NCBI GenBank assembly: GCA_028715785.1
Contig: JAQURC010000002.1
Location: 219,393-283,392 of the forward strand
Direction of reading: 5' to 3'
Origin: Candidatus Omnitrophota bacterium
Lineage (GTDB): Bacteria; Omnitrophota; Gorgyraeia; Gygaellales; Profunditerraquicolaceae
DNA: 64,000 nucleotides
In this document: one piece after another, positions 22,663-31,566 of the stretch
How the letters are laid out: every line of letters starts with the position of its first letter
Numbering within the stretch: position 1 is the first letter of the stretch
Program-made: the position numbers and the translations under genes
The notes under the pieces: generated by a model
What the model saw: only the letters and a program-made list of their open reading frames with translations
The model's database searches: none
Told to the model about the DNA's origin: nothing

Positions 22663-22708
22663 ACACCCCGCGCTGAATGGTATTGCGCGGGTGTCCTCCC
22701 CGTGGAGG
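22663..22708 (+). repeat. Intergenic GC-rich palindromic element, copy D, plus an RBS-pairing hairpin (upstream of gmhA)
   Basis: ACACCCCGCGC-TGAATGGTATT-GCGCGGGTGT is a perfect 11-bp stem. Then CCTCC-ccgt-GGAGG, where GGAGG is the gmhA Shine-Dalgarno. Confidence 0.65.
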
Positions 22709-22712
22709 AAAA

Positions 22713-23291
22713 ATGCGCGAAAGAATAAAAGATATACTTTTAGAAAGTATCCAGGTTAAAGAAGAGATCTTGCGCAACCAGGTTGATTCTATTCTCCAGA
22801 TTGCCGTGTTGATGATCGATTGCCTGAAAAAAGACGGCAAGGTCATTGTCTTTGGTAACGGCGGTTCGGCCAGCGACAGCCAGCATATTGCCGCCGAGCT
22901 TGTCGGCCGTTTTAAAAAAGACCGTTCGGCCTTAGCCGGTATTGCCCTGACTACCAATACATCGATACTTACTTCTCTGGCTAATGATTACGGTTATGAT
23001 GTAGTCTTTGCCCGCCAGGTCGAAGCCCTGGGCAAGAAAAATGACGTAGTTTTGGGGATATCTACCAGTGGAAAAGCAAAAAACGTAGCTTTAGGGATCA
23101 AGCAGGCTAAAAAAATGGGGATTAAAACCGTAGCTTTAAGCGGCGGAGACGGAGGAGATATCGTAAAGTTAGCCGATGTCTCTTTAGTCGTCCCTTCTAA
23201 AGTAACCGCCAGGATCCAGGAAGCGCACATTACTATCGCCCACATAATATGCGAAATGATCGAGCAAGAACTCTGCCAGGAACAAAAATAA
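22713..23291 (+). CDS. gmhA: D-sedoheptulose-7-phosphate isomerase (SIS domain)
   Basis: Start at MRERIKDIL after GGAGG. SIS motifs GNGGSASDSQH and ISTSG. Confidence 0.8.
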   Translation: MRERIKDILLESIQVKEEILRNQVDSILQIAVLMIDCLKKDGKVIVFGNGGSASDSQHIAAELVGRFKKDRSALAGIALTTNTSILTSLANDYGYDVVFARQVEALGKKNDVVLGISTSGKAKNVALGIKQAKKMGIKTVALSGGDGGDIVKLADVSLVVPSKVTARIQEAHITIAHIICEMIEQELCQEQK

Positions 23292-23758
23292 TTCCGCTTT
23301 CCAGTCTTATACGTAAAGTTAGGGCTCTTAAGCAAAAAAATAAACGGATAGTCTTTACTAACGGCTGCTTTGACATTTTACATTTCGGCCACGTTAAATA
23401 CCTCCAGGACGCCAAGGCCAAAGGTGATTATTTGATTGTGGCGGTTAACAGCGATTCCTCGATTAAAAAAATCAAGGGAAAAAACCGGCCGTTAATCGGA
23501 CAGCTCGACCGCCTAAAGACAATCGCCGCATTAGCAAGCGTGGATTTTGTGGTTTTATTCAATGAAGATAACCCGCTTAAATTGATCAGGGCCATTAAAC
23601 CGGATGTCCTGATCAAAGGCGCGGATTGGAGCAAAGAAAGAATGGTCGGGGCGGATTTTGTGGAAAGCTACGGCGGGAAGGCCGCGACCGTTAATTTGGT
23701 TAAAGGCCGCTCAACCAGTAAATTAATCGAAAAAATTGTCAAAGATTTCGCAAAATAA
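23249..23758 (+). CDS. D-glycero-beta-D-manno-heptose 1-phosphate adenylyltransferase (HldE domain II / RfaE2-like)
   Basis: Cytidylyltransferase-fold motif FTNGCFDILHFGHVKYL. The start is uncertain because there is no ATG, GTG or TTG between the gmhA stop and the conserved core. The ATG at 23249 overlaps gmhA by 43 bp. Confidence 0.75.
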   Translation: MRNDRARTLPGTKIIPLSSLIRKVRALKQKNKRIVFTNGCFDILHFGHVKYLQDAKAKGDYLIVAVNSDSSIKKIKGKNRPLIGQLDRLKTIAALASVDFVVLFNEDNPLKLIRAIKPDVLIKGADWSKERMVGADFVESYGGKAATVNLVKGRSTSKLIEKIVKDFAK

Positions 23759-24179
23759 TAGTATTTACCGTATAATTGACGCTGATCTAAACCGGGTCAA
23801 GGAAGGCTTGCGCGTTTGTGAAGAGATAACCCGGTTTATTCTGGACAGCCGAAAATTATCGGCGTTATTCAAAAGAATCAGGCATCAAATCGATACCCTG
23901 GCCAGAAAAATTTATCCTGTTTCGTTGCTGCTTAAAGAACGCCAAAGTAACAACGACGTGGGAAGATCCAATTCTTACGGAGAGCTCAAACGCGGTAATT
24001 GTAAAGATATTTTTTGGGCAAATATCCAGAGGGCCAAAGAATCTTTGCGGGTGCTTGAAGAATTCAGTAAATTAGTGGATGCTCAAGCGGCAGCAGGCTT
24101 TAAACAGCTCAGGTATAAAGTTTATGAAATCGAAAAAGAGTCTTTTAAAAAGATCTCGGCTTTACCTGATCCTGGATAG
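23736..24179 (+). CDS. Hypothetical protein, possibly a ThiE-associated N-terminal (ThiD2-like) domain protein
   Basis: The ORF has no internal Met and the listed start is a TTG inside the previous gene. YRIIDADLNRVKEGLRVCEE resembles N-terminal extensions of some thiamine-phosphate synthases. Its 3' end overlaps thiE by about 56 bp. Confidence 0.35.
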   Translation: MSKISQNNSIYRIIDADLNRVKEGLRVCEEITRFILDSRKLSALFKRIRHQIDTLARKIYPVSLLLKERQSNNDVGRSNSYGELKRGNCKDIFWANIQRAKESLRVLEEFSKLVDAQAAAGFKQLRYKVYEIEKESFKKISALPDPG

Positions 24180-24759
24180 GCCGACCCTTGGCGAGCGTTC
24201 TTTAGAAAATATATGTTCTGCGGCATCCGATGGTAAAATTGGCTTGATCCAGTTACGGGATAAAAAGTCCGCTAAAGCGGATGTGTTGGATTTTGCAATC
24301 AGGATTTCCAAAGCTTTGAGCCGCAGCAAAACGCTCTTTATAATTAATGATTATGCCGATGTGGCTGTTGCCTGCGGGGCAGACGGCTTGCATTTGGGCC
24401 AGGATGATTTATCTCTAAAACAGGCCAGAAAGATACTGGGAAAAGACCGGATTATCGGGATTTCCTGCCACAGCCTGGCTCAGGCATTAAGAGCTCAAAA
24501 CCAAGGAGCGGATTATATCGGCATTGGCCCCATATATGCCACGGCCACCAAGCCCGGATATAAACCGATAGGTTTAAAGGTCCTTGGCAAGCTAAAAGAT
24601 AAAATAAAAATCCCTTATTTTGCTATCGGGGATATTCACGCGGGCAATATTAAGAAAATTACCGCCTGCGGGGCCAGACGGGTTGCGGTTTGCCGGGCAA
24701 TTTTAAAAGCTGATAATCCTAAAAATGCAGCGAGACAATTGTATAAAATTTTAGAATAA
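24124..24759 (+). CDS. thiE: Thiamine-phosphate synthase
   Basis: RLYLILD.., GADGLHLGQDD and IGISCH motifs. Start taken at MKSKKS. Confidence 0.85.
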   Translation: MKSKKSLLKRSRLYLILDRPTLGERSLENICSAASDGKIGLIQLRDKKSAKADVLDFAIRISKALSRSKTLFIINDYADVAVACGADGLHLGQDDLSLKQARKILGKDRIIGISCHSLAQALRAQNQGADYIGIGPIYATATKPGYKPIGLKVLGKLKDKIKIPYFAIGDIHAGNIKKITACGARRVAVCRAILKADNPKNAARQLYKILE

Positions 24760-24760
24760 A

Positions 24761-26044
24761 ATGACACAGTTAGAATCCGCCAAAAAAAACATCGTTACAC
24801 CGCTTATGCGCGCAGTAGCCTCCATTGAAAGACTGGATCCTTCTTTGCTGATGCGCCTTATGCGTGAAGGTAAAGTAGTCATACCCCTAAATATAAATCA
24901 TAAAATAAAAAAACCCTGCGCAATAGGCAGCAGCCTGTCTACCAAGGTCAATGCCAATATCGGCACCTCAACGGATGAATCCCGGATCAGCGATGAAATA
25001 GAAAAACTTAAAGTTGCCATAAACCATGGGGCAGACGCTTTAATGGACTTAAGCGTAGGCGGAGATCTTGATAAATTAAGGCGCCGGGTCCTAAAACATT
25101 CAACTGTCCCGGTAGGCACGGTCCCGGTTTATGAGGTGGCAGTCAGGGCCCAGGAAAGAAAAGGCAACTTCCTTAAATTCAGCGCAGATGATGTTTTGGC
25201 GGTATTGGAAAAACAGGCAAGGCAGGGGGTGGATTTTTTTACCGTGCACAGCGGAGTAACATGCAATAGCCTTAAGGTCCTGGAAAAAAATAAAAGGCTG
25301 ATGGGAATTGTTTCGCGCGGCGGAGCAATTATTGCCAGCTGGATGAAATACCATAAGGAAGAAAATCCTTTTTATTCGCATTTTGACCGGATTTTGGATA
25401 TTGCCTATAAATATGATGTTACTTTAAGCCTGGGAGACGGGTTAAGGCCGGGTTCAATTTTAGACGCAACGGACAAGGCCCAGATTGCCGAGCTAAAAAT
25501 ACTCGGCAGTTTGGCCAAGCGCGCCTGGGATAGGAGCGTCCAGGTTATGATCGAAGGCCCAGGGCATGTCCCTATGGATCAAATAGAAAAAAACATTGCT
25601 TTAGAGAAAAAATATTGCTTTGGCGCTCCTTTTTATGTGCTGGGGCCTCTGGTTACCGATGTTGCCCCGGGTTATGACCATATTACATCTGCCATCGGCG
25701 GAGCAATGGCGGCAAGCTTTGGAGCGGATTTTCTCTGTTATGTGACTCCTGCCGAGCATTTGCGCCATCCCAGCGCCAGCGATGTGGCTGAAGGGGTAAT
25801 TGCCAGCCGCATTGCCGCCCACGCCGGAGATTTAGTTAAGCGCAGGAAAGTTGCGCTGGAATGGGACAGGAATATTTCTATTGCCAGGAAGGCGCGGGAC
25901 TGGAAAAAACAAATTCGGCTGGCTATTGACCCTAAAAAAGCAAAACAGTACCGGTTAAGCAGCAAGCCTAAACTTTCTAATGTATGCACGATGTGTGGGA
26001 AATACTGTTCTATCAAATTAATGGAAGATTGCCTGCGGGTGTAA
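24761..26044 (+). CDS. thiC: Phosphomethylpyrimidine synthase
   Basis: 427 aa with a radical-SAM-like C-terminal Cys cluster (CTMCGKYCSIK) and ThiC core motifs. Confidence 0.95.
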   Translation: MTQLESAKKNIVTPLMRAVASIERLDPSLLMRLMREGKVVIPLNINHKIKKPCAIGSSLSTKVNANIGTSTDESRISDEIEKLKVAINHGADALMDLSVGGDLDKLRRRVLKHSTVPVGTVPVYEVAVRAQERKGNFLKFSADDVLAVLEKQARQGVDFFTVHSGVTCNSLKVLEKNKRLMGIVSRGGAIIASWMKYHKEENPFYSHFDRILDIAYKYDVTLSLGDGLRPGSILDATDKAQIAELKILGSLAKRAWDRSVQVMIEGPGHVPMDQIEKNIALEKKYCFGAPFYVLGPLVTDVAPGYDHITSAIGGAMAASFGADFLCYVTPAEHLRHPSASDVAEGVIASRIAAHAGDLVKRRKVALEWDRNISIARKARDWKKQIRLAIDPKKAKQYRLSSKPKLSNVCTMCGKYCSIKLMEDCLRV

Positions 26045-26104
26045 TTCAGTGGTAGAATGGCAGCTTCCCAAGCTGCATATGGCGGTCCGATTCCGCTCAC
26101 CCGC
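26035..26104 (+). tRNA. tRNA-Gly (anticodon CCC)
   Basis: Cloverleaf with acceptor GCGGGTG/CACCCGC, D-arm ATTC-AGTGGTA-GAAT, anticodon stem GCAGC/GCTGC with loop TTCCCAA, and T-arm GGCGG-TCCGATT-CCGCT. No encoded CCA. The 5' end overlaps the thiC stop codon. Confidence 0.8.
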
Positions 26105-26116
26105 TTATAAATTGAT

Positions 26117-26776
26117 ATGAAAAATATTATTTTGATATTTTTAGTTTTGCTGATTACCGGATGTGCCAGCGTCCCTCCATATACGGGGCCGGCTTTACCG
26201 CCTTTAGCTCAAGGATTTGGCGGTATCCGTCACCGTGTAGAAACAGGCCAAACGCTCTGGAGGATATCAAAACTTTATGATGTAGATATAGATGATATCC
26301 TGCGCATAAACCATCTTCCGGAGAATACGGTTATCGAGATAGGCCAGGTGCTTTTAATCCCTAACCGCCCCAGGCCGCAAAATTTCGCGGTTAAATCCGG
26401 CGGAGATGATTTTATTTGGCCGCTTAAAGGCAGGGTAATCGCGGGTTTTGGTTCAAATTATCAGAATTTAATAAATAAAGGTATCAATATCCAGGCCTCA
26501 ATGGGAGAGAATATCCTGGCTACCCGAAGCGGGCGCGTAGTTTTTTATGCCGATCATTTCGGAAATTTCGGCAAGACGATAATTATCGACCACGGAGACG
26601 GTTTGCGTTCTATCTATTCCAGGGTTTTAGAGGCACTGGTGCGGCCGGGGGACAATGTGCACAAAGGCGCTCTCATCGGGCGTATCGGAACAAGCGCAAG
26701 GGACAAAAACACCTATTTACATTTTGAGATCCGCAAAGGGGCGCTGGCGCAAAATCCGCTGTTCTATTTACCATGA
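26117..26776 (+). CDS. LysM-domain M23 family peptidase lipoprotein (NlpD-like)
   Basis: Lipobox LITGC, LysM (ETGQTLWRISKLYDVDIDDILRIN) and an M23 core (HFGN.., IDHGDGLRSIY, HFEIRKG). Confidence 0.85.
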   Translation: MKNIILIFLVLLITGCASVPPYTGPALPPLAQGFGGIRHRVETGQTLWRISKLYDVDIDDILRINHLPENTVIEIGQVLLIPNRPRPQNFAVKSGGDDFIWPLKGRVIAGFGSNYQNLINKGINIQASMGENILATRSGRVVFYADHFGNFGKTIIIDHGDGLRSIYSRVLEALVRPGDNVHKGALIGRIGTSARDKNTYLHFEIRKGALAQNPLFYLP

Positions 26777-28368
26777 TCAAAGAGAAATTTTTTGACCGGA
26801 AAAATTATATCCAGATACTGGAAAAACGCATCGGCAGCCTCAAGGATGGTTACCGGCAGAATATCGCCATTATCGGCGAAGAAAACGTCGGCAAAACCAG
26901 TATTATTTCTAAATTTTTAGCCAACTATTATGACCCCCGGATTATCACGGTATTTCTGGAAGTGCGTCCGGAACCTCTTGAAGGATTTGTCAGGAGATTT
27001 ATCGGCGCGCTGCTTTATAATTTCCTCTTGAATAGCGGGTTGCCCCTGGAAGAAGACCTGGATTATTTAATTAATAAGTCTTCCAAATATATTCCCGGCA
27101 CCACACAAAAGATAAATTCCATACTTAACGATCTTTCAAAAAGAAGGAAGATAAACATTATCACCGAACTTTTCAGCCTGCCGGAATCGATCAACCAGGA
27201 GACGGCAAAGTTCACGGTGCTTTTCTTGGACGAATTCCATAACCTGGAAAGTATCGGCGTTAAGAATTTATACCGGCAATGGAGCAAGCTGCTTATCGTG
27301 CAGAAAAACACGCTCTATTGCCTCACCAGCTCAATGATGTTTAAAACCCGGGTCATCCTTACCAAGCAGCTGTCTTTACTGTTCGGTAATTTCGAGATCG
27401 TTACTGTTGAGCCTTTTGACATACATACAAGCCACCGTTACCTGGATTTGCATCTGCCCGGCCTTAAGGTAAACCCGGGATTAAAAGATTTCATCATCAA
27501 CTTTACCGGCGGTTACCCTCTTTACCTTGAGTTGATCGCCGATGCTTTATCTAAGGTAAATACCGGCGTTGATCTGGCCGACATCTTGGAGGACCTGTTA
27601 TTCAATTCTTCGGGGATCCTTAACCAAAGGTTCTCCAATTATATTAAGCGTTTCCTGGACTTGCCGGCCTGCAATGATTATATTTCCATACTTTATTTGA
27701 TCGCCAGCGGCCGCAACCGCATTAAAGATATCGCCCACATCTTGCACAAGCAGAAAAAAGAACTCACCGCAAGGATCAATTACCTGCTGGAATTAGACGC
27801 CATTACCCGCAGCGCGGATTTTCTTAAGGTAGGGGACCGCTTGTTTGCCTACTGGATGCGTTTTGTTTATCAGGAGAAGATGCGCTCCCTGTCATTCGAC
27901 GCTAAAAATCAAAAGGAAAAATTCCGCGATAATATCCGAGAGCTTATCCAGGAATTTTCCAGCCAATCCGTCAAGCCGCTGGCTAACCGGGTTAGCGAAC
28001 TGCTGCAGCTTTTTGAAGATGACCTTATACAGATCGAACGAAAAAAGATCCGGCTTAATCATTTCCGCGAAGTAAAGCCCCTGGCATTCAACCATCATTT
28101 TTTAAAAGAAGGGTTGTTGGGCCGTTCCAGCGATTCCCTCTGGATCATGGCGATCAAATCCGATGCCCTTACCGAGCAGGATATTGCCGAATTTTCCAAA
28201 GAATGCAAAAGATACCATCATAAATCGCAGCGCAAGATCATGGTTACTTTAAAAGAAGTTGACCCGAACGCGCGCTTAAGGGCGCTGGAAGAGAAAATCT
28301 GGACCTGGGACTTAAACAGCTTAAATCAAATCCTGGATTTATTTTCTAAACCCCGGGTGATCGCATGA
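26773..28368 (+). CDS. P-loop NTPase, Arch_ATPase (PF01637)-like with a C-terminal wHTH/DUF234-like region
   Basis: Walker A GEENVGKTS, Walker B VLFLDEFHNL. Overall architecture is the ATP-binding protein family common in archaea and bacteria. 531 aa. Confidence 0.6.
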   Translation: MIKEKFFDRKNYIQILEKRIGSLKDGYRQNIAIIGEENVGKTSIISKFLANYYDPRIITVFLEVRPEPLEGFVRRFIGALLYNFLLNSGLPLEEDLDYLINKSSKYIPGTTQKINSILNDLSKRRKINIITELFSLPESINQETAKFTVLFLDEFHNLESIGVKNLYRQWSKLLIVQKNTLYCLTSSMMFKTRVILTKQLSLLFGNFEIVTVEPFDIHTSHRYLDLHLPGLKVNPGLKDFIINFTGGYPLYLELIADALSKVNTGVDLADILEDLLFNSSGILNQRFSNYIKRFLDLPACNDYISILYLIASGRNRIKDIAHILHKQKKELTARINYLLELDAITRSADFLKVGDRLFAYWMRFVYQEKMRSLSFDAKNQKEKFRDNIRELIQEFSSQSVKPLANRVSELLQLFEDDLIQIERKKIRLNHFREVKPLAFNHHFLKEGLLGRSSDSLWIMAIKSDALTEQDIAEFSKECKRYHHKSQRKIMVTLKEVDPNARLRALEEKIWTWDLNSLNQILDLFSKPRVIA

Positions 28369-28913
28369 AAATAGGCGTAATCTCAGATACGCATATTCCG
28401 GATAAATGCGAGCATATCCCCGAAACATGCTTAAATGCCTTTAAGCATGTAGATATGATTATGCATGCCGGGGACATCGTAGACCTGGAGGCAATCGATG
28501 AATTAAAATCAGCCTGCCCAAAAGTAGTTGCCGTAGCGGGAAATATGGATTCTGGGAGAATAATGAAAAGTTTTCCGGTAAAACAGATTCTTGAGATTTC
28601 AGGTATTAAGGTCGGCCTTATGCACGGTTACGGGCCGCCGGCGGGCCTTATAAAAATCCTCAAGAATGCTTTTAAAAATATTCATCCCGATATAATTATC
28701 TTCGGCCATTCCCATAAACCCATGAACGAGATTATCGACGGAATATTGTTTTTTAATCCGGGCAGCGCTACCGATCTTTCCCTCGGAGACGCTTCATACG
28801 GGATAATCGAAATAAAAGACAAACCGGAAAGCAGTGCCTTGGCTTCCAATAGCCAAAACCACAAACCAAAGGGCAGCGGCCTGGCTATCGAGGCTAAAAT
28901 AATTAAAATTTAG
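28365..28913 (+). CDS. Metallophosphoesterase (MJ0936/YfcE family)
   Basis: MKIGVISDTHIP, HAGDIVD, GNMD, GHSH calcineurin-like motifs. Confidence 0.8.
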   Translation: MKIGVISDTHIPDKCEHIPETCLNAFKHVDMIMHAGDIVDLEAIDELKSACPKVVAVAGNMDSGRIMKSFPVKQILEISGIKVGLMHGYGPPAGLIKILKNAFKNIHPDIIIFGHSHKPMNEIIDGILFFNPGSATDLSLGDASYGIIEIKDKPESSALASNSQNHKPKGSGLAIEAKIIKI

Positions 28914-28915
28914 AT

Positions 28916-29386
28916 ATGGATACACTTTGGGCGCCATGGAGAATTAATTACGTAGGTAAAAAGAAAAAGCGCAAGGGCTGTATTTTTTGCCATGCAAAAA
29001 AAAGCGCCCTTAATGATCAGGTGATCTTTAAGACGGCAAAATCCATTTGCCTGCTCAATAAGTATCCGTATAATAACGGCCACATAATGATTTGCCCGCT
29101 ACGGCATATTGGCCAGGTATCAAGGCTTAAGGAAGAGGAGGTTCTTGATATTTTTAAATCCTTTAAAAAAGCAAAAGCATTGTTAGAAAAAGTTTTAAAA
29201 CCGCAGGGTTATAATATCGGACTTAACTTAGGGGCGGCTGCCGGCGCCGGAGTCACCGGGCATCTGCATCTGCATATTGTGCCTCGCTGGTTCGGGGATA
29301 CCAATTTCATGCCCTCTGCCTCCGGCACCAAGGTAATTTCCCAGTCTCTGGATGAGCTGGCTAAACGTTTAAGGAAACATGCATAA
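28916..29386 (+). CDS. HIT family protein (histidine triad nucleotide hydrolase/transferase)
   Basis: Histidine triad HLHLHIVPRW. Zn-ribbon-like CIFCH at the N-terminus. Confidence 0.8.
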   Translation: MDTLWAPWRINYVGKKKKRKGCIFCHAKKSALNDQVIFKTAKSICLLNKYPYNNGHIMICPLRHIGQVSRLKEEEVLDIFKSFKKAKALLEKVLKPQGYNIGLNLGAAAGAGVTGHLHLHIVPRWFGDTNFMPSASGTKVISQSLDELAKRLRKHA

Positions 29387-30524
29387 GGTTAACGCATTCG
29401 AAGAAAAATTTCTTGCTCCTTACGCCAGTAAAAGCTTTAATTCTCGGGGCAGGGTGCATAAAGAAGAGGAGCACCCTTACCGCTCATGTTACCAGCGTGA
29501 CCGGGACAGGATTATCCACTCCGCGGCGTTTAGGAGGCTGGAATATAAAACCCAGGTCTTTGTCAACCATGAAGGCGATTATTACCGTACCCGCCTGACT
29601 CACAGCATCGAAGTCTCTCAGATTGCCCGCACGATTGCCTGTTCATTGGGTTTGAATATGGACCTGACCGAAGCTATTGCTTTGGCGCACGATCTGGGGC
29701 ACACTCCTTTCGGGCATTCCGGGGAAGAGGTACTCAATGAATTGATGGCTAAAACCGGAGGTTTTAACCATAACCTCCAGGGCTTAAGAGTAGTGGATTA
29801 TCTTGAGGAGCGCTATCCGGAGTTCCCGGGATTAAATTTAAGCTGGGAGGTAAGAGAGGGAATAATCAAACATTCATCGGTCTTTGATATTGCGGTCAAG
29901 ATCAAAGAGTTTTTGCCCCGCAAGATGCCCTCGCTGGAAACCCAGGTGGTTGACATAGCAGACGAGATAGCCTATGATAACCACGATCTTGATGACGGGC
30001 TGACTTCAGGCTTGATCAAAGAAAACGACCTTGAGAACCTTGAAATTTGGAAGAAAATAAATCGCAAAATCGACCAGAAATATGCTAAAATCAACTCAAC
30101 TTACCGCAAACACCTGATTATCCGCGGCCTGATTGATTTACAGGTTACCGATCTTATCCGGCACACGCAATCAGAGATTATCCGGTTTAAGATCAAAAAA
30201 TATACAGACCCGTATAAGTTAGGTTTTAAAATAGTGGATTTCAGCAAAGAGGTCAAAGAGCTGAGAAAACCTCTCCGGCAGTTCCTCATGCAAAAGCTTT
30301 ATCACCATTACCGGGTAATGCGCATGAGCATAAAAGCCAAACGTTTTATCCGGGAGCTATTCAGTGAATACATTCAACGCCCGCAGCAGATGCCTTCTGA
30401 AATACAGCTTAAGATCCCCAAAGAAGGGGTAAAGCGGGTAGTTTGCGATTATATCGCCGGCATGACCGACCGGTACGCCTTAGATGAATACAAAAAACTA
30501 TTCAACCCCTACGAAAAAGTATAG
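29379..30524 (+). CDS. dgt: dNTP (dGTP) triphosphohydrolase-like HD-domain protein
   Basis: HD motifs RLTHSIEVSQIAR..LAHDLGHTPFGH and DIADEIAYDNHDLDDG, typical of the Dgt/SAMHD1-like family. Confidence 0.85.
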   Translation: MHKVNAFEEKFLAPYASKSFNSRGRVHKEEEHPYRSCYQRDRDRIIHSAAFRRLEYKTQVFVNHEGDYYRTRLTHSIEVSQIARTIACSLGLNMDLTEAIALAHDLGHTPFGHSGEEVLNELMAKTGGFNHNLQGLRVVDYLEERYPEFPGLNLSWEVREGIIKHSSVFDIAVKIKEFLPRKMPSLETQVVDIADEIAYDNHDLDDGLTSGLIKENDLENLEIWKKINRKIDQKYAKINSTYRKHLIIRGLIDLQVTDLIRHTQSEIIRFKIKKYTDPYKLGFKIVDFSKEVKELRKPLRQFLMQKLYHHYRVMRMSIKAKRFIRELFSEYIQRPQQMPSEIQLKIPKEGVKRVVCDYIAGMTDRYALDEYKKLFNPYEKV

Positions 30525-31557
30525 GTTTTTGATTTCGGCGGTACATAGCATTTACCGCCTGCTCAACTCTACTTATACTGTTAATGATTTGATCTGCCGC
30601 ATGGGCCGCCTGTTTTGCCAATTTTTTAACGCCCAATATTGCCAGGTTATCCTGTCGGATTCCGATAAGAAATATTCTATCGTTAAATGCACAATCATTG
30701 ATAACAGGAAATGCGACGTTCTCAAGAAAACAAGGATCCGCGGCAGGGTTGAGGAAAAAATCCTTAAACGCGCCTCCGTAGTCAGGGAGAACAATCTTTT
30801 AGGCATCCCGCTTATCTGCGAAGACCTGATCGGGCTGATTATCATAAAACGCGCCAAAACCAGCCAGCCCTTTGACATCTTTGACCAGGAAATGCTGATG
30901 ACCATGGCCGAACAGGCGGTTGTCGGGATCAAGAACCTGCAGCTTTATGAAGAACAGCAAAGAATAGTCTTTGGCAGTATCAAATCGTTAGTTACGCTCC
31001 TGGATACCCGGGTCTCCAGGGAATACACCCATTCGCCGCATTTTAGCAAGCTGGCTTGCTCTCTAGGCAGCGAGATCCATTTGAATGAAAAACAGCTGGA
31101 AAGCCTTAAATACGCCAGCCTTTTGCACGATGCCGGAAAGGCAGGCATTCCGGCTGAAATTTTAACCAAGACTACCAAGCTTACGGCCGAAGAATACGAT
31201 ATCATTAAAAAACACCCGGTTAAGGGAGCCCAGATCTTAAGGCCTTTGCAAATCTTGCGTCCGGCTATTCCGATTATCATGTATCACCATGAAAAATATA
31301 ACGGGACAGGCTATCCGTCGCACCTTAAAGGAAACCAGATCCCGCTTGGCGCCCGCATCATGGCGGTAGCCGACGCCTTCGAAGCGATGGTTTACGGCCG
31401 GCCTTACCGGCAAAGAATGAATATCCCGTCTGCGATAAGGGAAATAAAGAAAAAGAGCGGGACGCAATTTGACCCTAAAATCGTCGATGCCTTTTTGAAG
31501 GTGATCAAAAGATTTAATAAAAAAATATACTTGAAACAGGATGACCCTAAGTTATAA
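30484..31557 (+). CDS. GAF-domain HD-GYP phosphodiesterase
   Basis: N-terminal GAF-like region, then HD..HDAGK and HHEKYNGTGYP (HD-GYP signature). The start is ambiguous: ATG 30484, TTG 30529 or ATG 30601. Confidence 0.8.
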   Translation: MNTKNYSTPTKKYRFLISAVHSIYRLLNSTYTVNDLICRMGRLFCQFFNAQYCQVILSDSDKKYSIVKCTIIDNRKCDVLKKTRIRGRVEEKILKRASVVRENNLLGIPLICEDLIGLIIIKRAKTSQPFDIFDQEMLMTMAEQAVVGIKNLQLYEEQQRIVFGSIKSLVTLLDTRVSREYTHSPHFSKLACSLGSEIHLNEKQLESLKYASLLHDAGKAGIPAEILTKTTKLTAEEYDIIKKHPVKGAQILRPLQILRPAIPIIMYHHEKYNGTGYPSHLKGNQIPLGARIMAVADAFEAMVYGRPYRQRMNIPSAIREIKKKSGTQFDPKIVDAFLKVIKRFNKKIYLKQDDPKL

Positions 31558-31566
31558 TATAAGTTT

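Noticed and set aside
23759-24123. Searched upstream of the thiD2-like/thiE/thiC genes for a TPP riboswitch (CUGAGA core).
   Set aside because: No CTGAGA-containing thi-box-like sequence was seen between 23600 and 24800. It cannot be excluded without a covariance-model scan.
26035-26104. Looked for integrase, transposase or phage genes and att-like direct repeats next to the two tRNA genes.
   Set aside because: No integrase/recombinase-like ORF is present on either strand near tRNA-Gly or tRNA-Arg. The island hypothesis for 26.1-31.6 kb therefore stays inference only and is listed as a finding, not a feature.
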